This document shows positions 37,501 through 53,734 of a stretch of DNA of 64,000 nt, one piece after another. Every line of letters starts with the position of its first letter. Position 1 is the stretch's first letter. The stretch lies in NCBI RefSeq assembly GCF_018977255.1, contig NW_024704742.1, forward strand, positions 1,364,001 through 1,428,000. The letters run 5' to 3'. Both the position numbers and the translations under genes were made by a program. This DNA is from Callorhinchus milii (Eukaryota). The notes under the pieces were generated by a model, which was not told the DNA's origin, did not search any database, and worked only from the letters and a program-made list of their open reading frames with translations.

Positions 37501-40500
37501 CATATAGATATATATTTAGAAGGGATTATTATATTAAAATGATATCATAAAAATGATTTGAGCTCTAACTTCTAATTTGGATACATTTTCAGTACCAATG
37601 AGACGCTAATAAAAAATCTTTTTTTTAAATAACTTTTTTTAATAAAAAAAATGTGTAATGGAATAAGTCCAAGAAAGTTGCATCGATTGCCGGCATCGCA
37701 AGTCAAGGCTGCTCTTCTCCTATTGCAGTGTACTATCAGATCTTACTTGACGCCTTTTCTTCCATTTGATTTTGCTCAAATGTTAACGCAGGCTTGGAGT
37801 ATTTCTTCTGCGTGCTCAGTAATGATATTCCTTATCGTTTTCAAGTTCTTTTGATCGTTAGTGTTGAGCAAAGCTATTAGCGCCCAAGCCTTTGAAGTCT
37901 TTAACCCTTTAAGAAGCGCTACGTTAGCTTTCTGGAGAAAGCACTGAGCTTGCTGCATCATGAATCGTGTTCTTCTCTTAAGAGCACTTCCACCCGCACA
38001 GCTTTTCTATTTCTCTTGCAGCTTTGACGACCTCACATATCAACACTTACGTAGAAATATAGGCTGTATTTAACATATAGAGGATATCAATACTTCATGT
38101 GATAACACTGGTTTTTATTGCATGGCAATCACACACTGTAAATGAAAACTGCAGGATTACGCAGTCCTCCACAGACCTGAATCTCTCCAATAATAATAGT
38201 GATAATAAAATTTGCATCTGATATAGAGCTCCGTCATATGATAAACGTCGCAAAGCACAACGAGATACTGTGAACTGCAGCAGTCACTGTTCTTTTGTGG
38301 ATAAACAATCTGTTCGTCAATACGATTTCACTGATTTTTACCACGTAATTTACTGAACAACTGTTAAAACATATAATGCACCATCAGGCGGCAGGTGGTA
38401 CAATCTCTGGCTTCACTCATGGCGCTAACCATCATTCACTCACCATTCTCGCATGTGATTTATGAAGCCAGTATACTCATGATGTTTAAATTCTCTCCCG
38501 TGGCTCCTCATTGCGCATCCTTCATAGAAATACCGGAAACCATAAACTATTCATCCAGAAACTATTTGGTGTTCAGCGTCAAAAAAGAGCGTTGAGGTCC
38601 ATTGGTCTAATTAAAAAAAACTACACTACTTTATCTCTCGATTGATTTCTCTGCCAAATAGCTATCCAATTCTCTCTTCAATTTCCTGACCCCCATCTAC
38701 CTCTGTAGCCACTCTCGTTAGACCTTTTCAAATATTTAAAGATTGTTCAGACCATAAAGTGATTATACCATTCGACTTTTTGATGTGAAATGCCAGGCAA
38801 TGAAAATTCAGCGTCTGCGTAAACTCTTGGAAATCTCTTGTTCCGCACAAAAATCAGCCCACGCTTCAAGTACTTGGAAGAAGTTACAAAAAAAAAGATT
38901 TTTTTTATATATTAGCATCATGTCGGTACTGAAAAGGTTTGCAAACCAGTATAAATTAGTGCTCAAATCATTTTAATGTAATTACGTAGTTCGAAGCGCT
39001 GCTTCATCGTTTTTAAAGATTCTTATGGTGGGTTTCGAATCTTGTCAGAGAATTTATACCCGGTGATGGGATTCAACTGGTGCGAGAACAAAGAAACGAC
39101 TATTCTCTGCTCTTTGCAGAGTACACGCCACCCAGTCCGCTTGGCCATTGATTCTGCCAAACTATTTCAAAAAAAAAGTTTTACCAGAAACTCATAATAA
39201 AACGTTTAAAATGAATGAAACGTGGGTTAACGCAGGCTGGGTCCAATACCTCACTGGCTACCCGAAATGAGGTCAGCCACGGTTCCTGTCTATTGTGTAC
39301 GTGTACGCAGAAAGGGTTATACCGGTGTTTCCTGTGGACAGGAATACACAGAAAATAACTTCAATGGCAATCAGACAACCCAGAAATCAGCTTTTTGTTC
39401 GTGCAGGAAGCCAGCGGACCGTGCAATGGTACGGGAGACCCACGCTGCAAGTAAGCCAGTGCTTTGGTAGGAAAATCAGAGAAAGCACAAGGATAAGCTG
39501 TCCAGACCAACAAGTCTGTGCTGATGTTTTTCTACAGGTAGATTCATAGACGGTGCAGCTCAGAAACAGGCCATTCGGCTCATCTATCCACTCTGGTTGG
39601 TGTTTATACTCCAGACCAGTCTGATCCACCTAAACTAGTTCCACCTTCTTGTTCGTTAATATTCTTTCTCTTCGAACATCTGCCTCTTTAAAATAATTTG
39701 CAGAATCTGTTTGAGCTGCAGTTGACGGCAGAGAATTCAGCAGCGCAATCACCCTCCGCGAAAATAAGTTGTTGCGGTACATCTGAAATAACCTCCCAAG
39801 AAGAAATAACATTTGTAAATTCAACCAATAAGGGAATAATAACTAAAAGTGCTTCAATGTCTTTTTTTTGTGGGGTGGGGTGGGGTGGGGGGGGTCAGCT
39901 AGTTATCCCACAACACTTAAGAGCAGTCAACCCACAATGAGTTCCACGAATGTCACCTACACGTGGAAATTCCAGTAGTTTGGAATGGAACGTGTTCTCT
40001 TTCCCCGGAGAGACACGCCTGCTTCACTAATTTCCCGGAGTATCACGATACAATGCAATACAAAAGTGACACTTGCACGGCGCCTTTCACGTCTGGAGGA
40101 CGTCCCGTGGCGCTGGACCGTCAGGGGTTTGGGCCCGAGCTTGGGCCCGGGATCGAGGAGGAATGGAGGGCAGGGAAGGTAGGAGAGTGGCCGACGGCTC
40201 AGTCGAAGAGGCGGGTTTCGAGACGGGCCGGGAAGGAGGTGCAGGCTGGCAGGAGTCGAGGCTCGGGGACCTCAGGACGTGCACTGGGATACCACCGGAG
40301 TTTAACCAGCTCAAACCTAATAGCTTGCCGTTGATAGCGCAGTCTGGCGAGCTTCTTGCTGTTTGTCCAGCTCAGAGCAGCCTACGTATTGGAGCTTCAG
40401 GTTGCAGGGTGACACTGCTTCAGAGGAAATGCAGTAACAGACAAGAGTGCTCATAAGTTGGGCGTTTCATATGCCAAACTGAAAACTGATCTAATTTTTC

Positions 40501-41747
40501 ACAACACTCTATGGAGAATACGGGTAAAACAGACCACAATCACTGAGAGACGATTTCACCAGCGTCAGTAATTTGCAACTGCCTGACACAAGCAGTGAAA
40601 TAAAGCACCGCAAAACAAGAAATTGGCTTTATATGTTTACCAACTTTCACATGAACAAGTGTAAGGAAAAGGACATGAGCATCTCACCACGTTCTAAATC
40701 AAAATATATTTGGACAGTGATATAAGGTAAAGGGCGCACAAATTTTAAAAAAAGTCATCGTTACTTTTGTTCTAGATCAGCCCATTACTGCAAGTAGAGA
40801 AGATATATATATTATATAGGAAAGTAAAAGTAAATTTAATATTAAACAGTGTTTGAGCTTTGTAAAAGACGGGACAGCAAATACTTGACGTCTATGTCAT
40901 ACAAAGAAGATGGCAACATAACTTGACAGTTCTAGTTGGTCTAGTGGTTACAGCAGAATAAGCTAGAATGCATCATTTTGCTATTTCTCGTTGTACATTT
41001 ACACAATATAAAGTATTTTGATTGAACAAATACAGTATATTAGCCACATTTAATCTAACTTGAAAATGATGTACCAAAGCAAGCTGCGTCCCAAATAAAT
41101 CCTGTATCTAAGGTAGTGGCTTTCTTTCCTCGAAGAAGCCAGAAAGCCCATTAACAACTTGTACTTCTAGGACTACGCACTGGACAATGGCAATGTTGTT
41201 GTTATTGCAAAATAAATCAATACTTACTTGATTGTAGCAGGGTAATTTATATACCAAACGCAAAACCTGGTGTCACATACACAGTTCTGCTCTCCTCCCT
41301 CAACATACTGACAAACATTAAAATATCTCAAACAGTTTCATGCACTTCGGATTCTTCCTGCGATAGCGGTCGACCCCAAGACAGTGACGCGGGTTTTGTT
41401 TTCGGTGCAAGAGACTCCGCAGTATCTTGCGGTGAATAAATCTTGACGACTTTTTTTTTTTTCGCGACACCAAGACAAGCCGTTCATTTGACCGGAAAAT
41501 AATAACCGATTCCTGTGTAATAGCACAATCTGAGTGGTGGTCGTCGGTCTTGAACCAACTGTGGTTGGTATAGAACGTTCCAATATGTCGAATAGTCATT
41601 GTAGAATTCTGTTGAACGAGGTCGGAAAAACAAAATCTGTAGGGAGGTGCCACCCGTCTACAGACGACACGGATCCGGAACAAAAATATTCGGTTGCAAA
41701 CAGTTTGTGGTGTGTTTTGGGTAAGACATTGATTACTACGCTTCACA

Positions 41748-45019
<3,272 letters not shown>

Positions 45020-45110
45020 CTGCAACAGTGAACACAGGTCCCAGGGTCGGGAGAGAAATGTGAATATTAGCGCAATCGAGGTGATTCAATTAACCCCTTG
45101 GAAGAATGCC

Positions 45111-45113
<3 letters not shown>

Positions 45114-45141
<28 letters not shown>

Positions 45142-45158
45142 CCACCCCTCCACCTCCC

Positions 45159-45192
<34 letters not shown>
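45114..45192 (+). repeat. Interrupted (CT)n microsatellite
   Basis: Direct reading. Confidence 0.95.
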
Positions 45193-45194
<2 letters not shown>

Positions 45195-46661
45195 TCTTCT
45201 CCCAACTACAATGGTCAAGTTTACTCCAGAAACAGGTCTGTCAGTAACTCCGTATCTGGCTTCAGTCACTCTTTATTTTAAAAAAAATTCTGCCCCCGCA
45301 CACAAAATACGCGGTACGGTATATTCCTTGAAGCGCTTTGAGACGTCTCGAAGACGCAATATCCAATGCAAGGATTATTATTATTTTTGTTATTTCACTT
45401 ACTTACTTTCACTCACACACACAGTCACAGGGAATCACACCTTCAGTCTATTGAATTAAAATGGGTACGTTACTGCAGTTCACCCCCACCCCACCCCACC
45501 CCAACACACACACACACACAAAGCCTCGTGCCACCAAACACCGCGGACATCTGGAATGGGGAGACCGTTATACTTTGACCTTTAAATTATACATTTTCTC
45601 ACTCCTTTAAAACAGCGAGACAGAAAACGTCAGCTTTTCTAACTACACCCAATGCACAAAATGCGCGCTCTCTAAATATGTTCCCTCTTTCGCCCGCAAA
45701 ATACACAGTCAATTCACTTTACAGTGTATCCCGTGAAGCGCTTTGAAACGCCTCGTGATAAGGCGTGAGCTATATCAAGTGCAAGAATTATTATTATTAT
45801 TACTATTATTATTATTAACCATAAAATTGCAGCACAGAATTTGCCGGCTTCAGGGTGACAGCTCTGTGTGTGTGTGTGTGAGAGATGAACAGTGAATCTT
45901 ATTCCTTACACCCCCCCCCCCCACCACAAAAAAAAATCTTGTAGAGCAAAACCCCCTTTTTCTACCCTTTATTGTAAGACACATCAGTTGCATTACAAAA
46001 AAAGACACCTTCAGGTTATCGTCTCACTGCTGGAGCCAAGCACTGTGTGGATGGATGCAAACCCCCCACACATGGGGGGGAGAGGGGGGGGATTAAATGA
46101 AAAAAATATGAAATAAAGAGGTATTTTGTCTCACAAACAGCACATTTCTTAACACAGGATTGGTACAAATCTACCCCAAAGTACTATGTTTTCTGGTTTG
46201 CACTGTGAAACAAGAACGATGGTCGAACAACAATAATAATAATAATTCTACATTACAGCATTACAACAAAATATTATCATTATTAATCAATAATAATCAT
46301 TATTATTATTATTAATTAATTAACAGACCCGCTGGCAAACTGAATTACAATCAATTCTATTCGTACTGTCACTCACAACCCTGAAAACATGCAACAATAT
46401 TCAAGGTTATTCACCAAATAAAAAGCTCTCTCTCCCTCTCCCTCTCTCCCTCTCTCTCTCGGTTGGTTTCTTGCTCTCAGGTCTCTTTGTGAGGATCCAT
46501 CAGTGTTCAGGCGGTGCAACAAACAAACAAATAATCACTGCGACTGAGAAACAGCTCCAAACTCTCCTCTCTGCTCATCCCAAGGTAGGCTTTACACACT
46601 CACTCACACTCACTCACACCCACACACCCACACTCACTCACACTCACTCACACTCAACTCA

Positions 46662-46871
46662 NNNNNNNNNNNNNNNNNNNNNNNNNNNNNNNNNNNNNNN
46701 NNNNNNNNNNNNNNNNNNNNNNNNNNNNNNNNNNNNNNNNNNNNNNNNNNNNNNNNNNNNNNNNNNNNNNNNNNNNNNNNNNNNNNNNNNNNNNNNNNNN
46801 NNNNNNNNNNNNNNNNNNNNNNNNNNNNNNNNNNNNNNNNNNNNNNNNNNNNNNNNNNNNNNNNNNNNNNN
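46662..46871. other. Assembly gap (N run); further gaps at 48366-48523 and 48726-48915
   Basis: N characters flanked by CA-rich low-complexity sequence. Confidence 1.
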
Positions 46872-47302
46872 CACACAGCAACACACACAGTAACACACAC
46901 ACACTCAGCAACACAGAGTAACACACACAGTAACACACAGACACAGTAACACACACAGAGCAGAGCACACAGTGAGACAAGTGATGCTGTTCTGGTATTG
47001 AGAAGGAATCTCTCTCTGTCTCAGTCTCTCTCTGTCTCAGTCTCTGCGGTATAACCTGACAGACAATGATCTGCTGCTCTGCGTCCGACCAGACAGACAG
47101 ACAGACAGACCCACAGACAGACACAGACAGACAGACACAGACAGACCCACAGACAGACAGACACTGACACTCCGACCCTCCTTCAGCCGCGTATAATCCA
47201 AAATCCAATCGTCAGACACACCATCAGCAAAGCCCCGACACTGGAGCTGAGACACCCACTGCGGAGGGTCACAGCATCCAATCCATGGGACACCCCCCAG
47301 TC

Positions 47303-47310
47303 CTTATATA
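47303..47310 (-). promoter_or_regulatory. Putative TATA box of GPRIN3 (TATATAAG), candidate non-coding exon 1 starting near 47280
   Basis: Minus strand TATATAAGGA followed by unique GC-richer sequence (47280-47160), 2.3 kb upstream of the acceptor. A candidate donor GTT|gtgagt is at 46377/46376 but an assembly gap intervenes. Confidence 0.45.

Positions 47311-47385
<75 letters not shown>
47311..47385 (+). repeat. (GTCT)n tetranucleotide microsatellite
   Basis: Direct reading; abuts the putative TATA box. Confidence 0.97.
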
Positions 47386-47444
47386 AATCAATCATCAATC
47401 AATATATTTCCAGTACTCACTCGCTCTCTTCTTTCTATAACCTT

Positions 47445-48040
47445 CCCCCACTCTCCCCACTCTCCCCCCTCCCTCCTCCCACTCTCCCCCCCTCTCCCCC
47501 CCCACTCTCCCCTCCCTCCCCCCACTCTCCCCCCCTCCCCCCCCACTCTCCCCCCCTCTCCCCCCCTCTCCCCCCCCACTCTCCCCCTCCCCCACTCTCC
47601 CCCCCACTCTCCCCCCCCTCTCCCCCCACTCTCCCCCCTCCCCCCACTCTCCCCCCACTCTCCCCCCCACTCTCCCCCCCTCCCTCCCCCCCACTCTCCC
47701 CCCCCTCTCCCCCCCACTCTCCCCCCCTCCCCCCACTCTCCCCCCACTCTCCCCCCACTCTCCCCCCCACTCTCCCCCTCCCCCCACTCTCCCCCCACTC
47801 TCCCCCCCACTCTCCCCCCACTCTCCCCCCCTCCCCCACTCTCCCCCCCCACTCTCCCCCCCACTCTCCCCCCTCCCCCCACTCTCCCCCCCCACTCTCC
47901 CCCCTCCCCCCCCACTCTCCCCCCCCACTCTCCCCCCCACTCTCCCCCCCTCCCCCCATTCTCCCCCCCTCCCCCCCACTCTCCCCCCCCACTCTCCCCC
48001 CCTCCCCCCCACTCTCCCCCCCTCCCCCTCCCTCCCCCCC
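47445..48040 (+). repeat. C-rich tandem array (Cn-ACTCT); G-rich on the minus strand
   Basis: About 600 bp of ccccc(c)actct units with interspersed ccccct runs. Confidence 0.97.
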
Positions 48041-51000
48041 AGGTTTGTGTGGTGCTCAGTGGGGGAGTGAGAGGAGGAGAGAGAGAGATGGGGAGAGGAT
48101 GGAGAGAAGCAGTGACCTTGCAGTAAAAAAGAAATCTTCACTGCCAAACCCCACTCACAAGCCACCAGATGTGATCTGTTTAAATAAATCCACCCAACAG
48201 CCCGGGCACGATCCCCCCCCCTCCCCCTCTCCATCTCCATCTCTATTCCTTTTCCCTTTTCTGTCTCTCCCCCCCCCCTCCCCCCCCCCCCCCCCCCCCA
48301 CCCCCTCTCTCTCTCTCTCCAGTTTTTAAGGAACTGCAGGAGATGCTTCGTGTTTGCAATGTAAANNNNNNNNNNNNNNNNNNNNNNNNNNNNNNNNNNN
48401 NNNNNNNNNNNNNNNNNNNNNNNNNNNNNNNNNNNNNNNNNNNNNNNNNNNNNNNNNNNNNNNNNNNNNNNNNNNNNNNNNNNNNNNNNNNNNNNNNNNN
48501 NNNNNNNNNNNNNNNNNNNNNNNATACACATATATACTCTCACACACTCTCATACTCACACACACATACACTTTCACACACTCTCATGCACTCTCTCACA
48601 CACATACACTCACACACTCATACTCACACACACACTCATACTGACACACACACACACATACTCTCTCATACTCTGACACACAAACACACACTCACACACA
48701 CACTCATACTCTCTCTTCCAAACAGNNNNNNNNNNNNNNNNNNNNNNNNNNNNNNNNNNNNNNNNNNNNNNNNNNNNNNNNNNNNNNNNNNNNNNNNNNN
48801 NNNNNNNNNNNNNNNNNNNNNNNNNNNNNNNNNNNNNNNNNNNNNNNNNNNNNNNNNNNNNNNNNNNNNNNNNNNNNNNNNNNNNNNNNNNNNNNNNNNN
48901 NNNNNNNNNNNNNNNTAGTACTTCTCATTCTACACAGAGAGCTAAGGTGTATAACTCAGTCCAGTGAAAGCACAGGTCCAGCCTGTTGTGCCTGACTAAC
49001 TAAAGCGCCCTCATTTCCAACGTCTTGTATCTTTCTCTTGTTGCGGACCATCTGCATTTCGTGTCCAAGTTGCCAACGCACCTTTTTGGCAGAGTGGGGA
49101 GAGGAAGCGGTGACACAGAGAGGCAGAGAACTGACCCTTTGTGACTTCAGGCGATGGTCAGCGCGGTGGAGGCTGGAAGGACATTGGTGGAAGTAACACA
49201 TCTCAACCGGTGTGGAACTCTCTCCCTCAATCCCTCCGCCTTGCCCCCTCCATTCCCTCTTTTCGATCACAGACTGAAGACGTCGCTCTTCAGCCGTGCT
49301 TACGGTCACCTTCCCTCTTTCCCCCCGGCTCGTGAAGGGCGCTATATAAATGCAAGTTGTTGTGGTTGAAACAAATGGGTGGGTGGGGTGGGTGGGTGGG
49401 GGGCGGCGGAAAGGATGATTCGGGTGGAGTTTCTGAGGCAGCCAACATTCACTTGCTGAGTGGTGTGGGGGTGCCTTCAGGAGAATTGGGCTGGTTAATG
49501 CTATTCTGACTCGGCTCTGAATAAGACACCAGTTCATAAAACCAGTTCACTCTCCACCTTATTTCTGGTCCGTTTACCTGCGATCGATTCGGTGCTTTTT
49601 TTAAAAAAATACACCCACACGCATCAAAATGCAAATCCGTTTCAGCTAATTTCAGGTGTTGGAGCTAATCCCCGATTAGGGACAAGAGAGGAGACACTTT
49701 ATAGATCGCAGTTTATAGAAAATAAATTTCAACAATACTTTCTTAATGAAACCCACAACCACCGGGGAATTGTCCAAAAGATTTGGTTTGCATTCGTACA
49801 GCATCTGTGTTTGATTTGAGTATTAAAAAAAACTTTGATTCACAGTTCACAGACCTTTTTAAAAAAAAATCCTACGTACTGTGTTTCTAATCAAATTATA
49901 CCCGTTTAAAAGTAAGGTTTAAATGACGTGGGGATTGGGCCTTGTTAATCATAATGTTTACCAATGACATGCTTAATGCCTGACTTCTGTACTGAAGACT
50001 TTTTGTTAGGACGCATAATGAATATTAATGTTTCTTTCTGTACATTCCTAACTTAATTGGTCTGATCTTCACAAAACACCAACCTCAAAATAAGTGTCTA
50101 CCAAACAGGAACTTGAAGTGCAAAATCTGGGCAGCAAACGGCAAGTTTTAAGCAACAAACACATACAAATCGTTTTTTTTTAATATATATTCACCACCCA
50201 TTTCCCCACTGCTTACTCTGCTTTGGGTGACTGGTATTTGGCTCTGATATTTAGAGCAACCGCTTTCCAGTGGCAACTATTCTTTCGTCTTTTGTGCTAA
50301 CATCTGGCTTAATTGGATTGTAAACAGTGCAAACAGACATATAACGACCCCTAAGGGACAATTATAAAATATACTAACGGTACGGCACTTTCTTTTCCCA
50401 ATCCCAACCGACGTGTGCTGGAATGAATACAAGAACGGGCTCAGCCAAGATGAGCGAAATGTCCATCTGCTTTGTTGTAAAAGTCTATTACAACAACAAC
50501 AACAACAAAATTACATCTGTAGAGCGCCTTTCACATCGGGAGGATGTCCCATGGTCGCAAGGCCCTGGACAGTCAGTGTCTTGGACCCGAGCTGAGGGTC
50601 AAGATTGGGGAGGGTGAAGGTCGGGGGTGGGGGGGGGGGAATCAGGGAGATCGAAAGCACGGTTCAAGAGGAGGGTCTTGAGATGGGTCTCGAAGGATGT
50701 TCTGTTTGCCTCAGTTGTGCTTCAATCCAGTCCTTTGCTCGGACTACATATATTTATTGCAGAACGTTGCTTGCTCCCGGCCCTGCCTCCCTCTCTTGCT
50801 GCTGAAAATGTCATTCAAAGCTTCAGCACCTTGAATATAGATAATAATAACAATAATAGTCCTTGCATTTGATGCTGCCCCTTATCACATCTTAGAGACT
50901 CAAAGAGCTTCACAAGAATATACAGTAAAGTGAATTGACTGTATATTTGATGTCTCCAATACATTCCTTACCAGCGTACCTTACCTCACCCAACGCTGTT

Positions 51001-51052
51001 TGTGGGGGCATTGTGGGGTGCAATTGGCTGCCATTCTCACGTACAGAAGGAC

Positions 51053-51418
51053 TGGAGTCCCGTAGCCTCGTGGTTAGCGTGCTCGCCGTGCGAGTGAGAG
51101 GGACCTGTCTTCGATTCCCAGGGCAGAGGGAAACCTTAGGCTACTTTCCTTACACCATACACCTCTGTTTACCTTGCAGTTAGTTAGAACCCGGATGTTA
51201 GTCGATTGGCAGATCACTTTCCAAGGGGAATAATCCCTAAGAAAAAAAGCAAGGGTCACTCAATCCACGACTGTTCGTGGGGACGCCGCTGTGCGCAATT
51301 GGCTGCCGCGTTTCGCCCACAAAATACACAGTCAATCCGCTTTACAATATATTCTGTGAAGCGCTTTGAGACGTCTCAGTGACGTGATAAGGCGCTATAT
51401 CAAATGCCAGGATTATTA
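51053..51418 (+). mobile_element. tRNA-derived SINE, full length, long form
   Basis: Head, central segment and complete tail. Confidence 0.9.
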
Positions 51419-52349
51419 CAGTAAAATCTCTGCTTTGAGATGACTTGGTGTGGTAAGGCACTGTACCAAATACAAGTGTTAACGCAAATCTTAATCTTCT
51501 TCATCTTTCACTGGCCAGTGGCACTTTCTTACGAAAACTGATACACCATTATCATTTATCAATATTATTCATAGCAGCATCCACACTGAGAAGCAACACA
51601 TTGAGTGATAAACTTTTGGTATTTTGTGTTCATTATGAATCATTATACGCTAAATCTCATCCTCGGATCAAGATTCTCTTACGTAAATACTTGCATTGGT
51701 CAAAAAAGATTTAATATAAACCTTTGAGTGTACAGCATTGAAGTTAAAGTGCTAATATATAATTAAACTGTTTGCTTACATGCGAGCTTTGTAGAGTCAA
51801 AATAATTCAGCTTAATTTATAATTAAATGGTCTTCAAAAGATCTCAGGGCTCGCCTCTTGTTGATAATGATCTCATATGAATGCTTTCAGCGACGATTCG
51901 ACATAGAATTTCTCAAATGGAATTTCTTAATAAAGAAACCGAGTCACACAAACAAAATCCTTCCAGCAATTGAGGAGCAGAGTTCCCATCACTGATGGGA
52001 ATTCTAACAGGATTATTAATGAAGCTCATAAATACTGCAAATTATCCCTCATTAATTGCACCCGAGTTTCTTCTCCCTTTCCCTCTTTACCCAAGGTCCT
52101 GACATGCATTTTTGTGTTTCTACACCAACGTATCCCACCGTACTTTTCTTAAACATTAAATTCCAGCTGCCGTTCTGCAGCACGTCTACTGAATTTGTCC
52201 CATTTCTTTTGGATTTGTCTCTTATGCGTCAGTCATGTACTTGGCATTATCTGTAAATCTGATACTATGGGAATTGCCTTCCTCCATATAATTTCTAAAT
52301 GGTGCGAACGGAATAGACAGATTTCTGCAAAACTCCACTCACTAGTCGC

Positions 52350-53130
52350 TCTACTTAGTCACAAGCGAAACCTTTACTTTTAAAACCCTTCTTAAAATCT
52401 TACCTATTTGACTGTGGCTTTCATCAACATTCGCACATCTCCTTTTGCCCTGTGATCCCAAATCATCGTTGTGCAGCACTTCGAGACGTTCACTCTGCTT
52501 TAAAGGATGCAGCGTAAATGCGAGTTGTTTTTGTGTCACCTGCATTTAGTTCAATCGAAAGAATTTTGAAAATGGAACCTGGAAACCTCATCTGCCGGGC
52601 GGGCAATGCTCTCATCATCTTTGTAAAGTAAAATTCGGGTGAATTGGAGGAAGATGACGAACATGTAAAAAAAAGTACCAATTTCCACCTTTGATCACGG
52701 CGCACTGTCGTGCTGACGAGCCTTTTTTTGTTTAATCTGCAATAAGGGGGGAATTATTATTGTTAACATGAATAGTCACACACAAAATGTTAATGTATTT
52801 TGTGATCCCGATCAACCTGTTCACTTGCAGCATTTCCGGCTTTATTTCTGATTTCCGGAATGAAGGTTTTTCTTTTCCTTTCCGATTACTAACGGGGTGG
52901 TTTAATGTTATGCCTTTTCGTGACCAAACATCATTTAGTTTCTCACCGCCTTCCTTCTTTAGTTCCTTTTGAGTTCTGGTCCAGGCATTTCCCCCGCACC
53001 GATGCGAGCAACTCACTCGGCTCGACGATGACGTACGTTTGATTTCGATTGAGGGCAATCAGCAACCATTCCAGACCAACCCTCACGAGATGCTGCAGTG
53101 CAACTTCTGCGCTGTGAATAATCAATATTT
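52350..53130 (-). pseudogene. Decayed Crypton-type (DUF3504) tyrosine-recombinase fragment
   Basis: Frameshifted motifs in expected order: YVIVEPSEL..SVR / QKELKKEGGEKLN / DVWSRKG...HP / KQKKARQHD-RRDQR / NSPE...ARQMRFPGSIF, resembling Crypton I..D.EF..SR..L.AK.KELKK.GKGNKPN / LW.KG.LG...P / RQTKTR.G..PRD.R / PERCPV...RP..M..PDSPFYL. By-eye match only. Confidence 0.5.
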
Positions 53131-53734
53131 ACGCTTTGTGGCAGTTTTTACAACACTTGATCCATATTTTTTTTAACCCCCCCAAGCTGCAGTGTGTCAA
53201 AGCTGCTCTTCACCACTTTATAGCAGGAACCATTACATTTACCAAACGACCAACGGGGATGGAAGCCCGAGGGGCGAGGTTGTTCGTGGTTCAGTATCTC
53301 AGCTTCCATGACCTCCTGCGTCTCTGCAAGGATTTATGTTGTGATTGGAGGTGGAGGTGAGGGTAACGGTACCTTTTCTGTGGTGTGTCTGGCCCTCTGA
53401 CAGCCCCAGTATTCCCTTGCTTACTTCGGTGCCAACCCTCAGGCTACCGTGGAACAGAGGCTACCGTATCCACTGAAGGAACCACACCTTTCAGATTGAG
53501 CTACTGATCTCGAGTTTCTCAGCGCTGTGAGGATCGATGATCATTGTTTTTAAATCTGTGATGCTGTCACCGGCTTGGTATTTTATTGAATGGGAACGTG
53601 GCTTGTTTTCCTACAGGGCATTTAATTTGAGTAAACTGATGCCAATACTTTCTCTTCATCAATTAGTTGCTCAATTATTCTGTCTACTTGTGAATCCCCC
53701 GGTGCATTGCAAATCTGCACTCTGTCCACCCAGC

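Noticed and set aside
40500-41747. GPRIN3 polyadenylation site
   Set aside because: I found only ATTAAA variants on the minus strand (~41049-41054, ~40835-40840); the 3' end cannot be fixed without transcript data.
47388-48543. Gly/Glu/Arg-rich ORFs
   Set aside because: Translations of the G-rich tandem array and N gaps.
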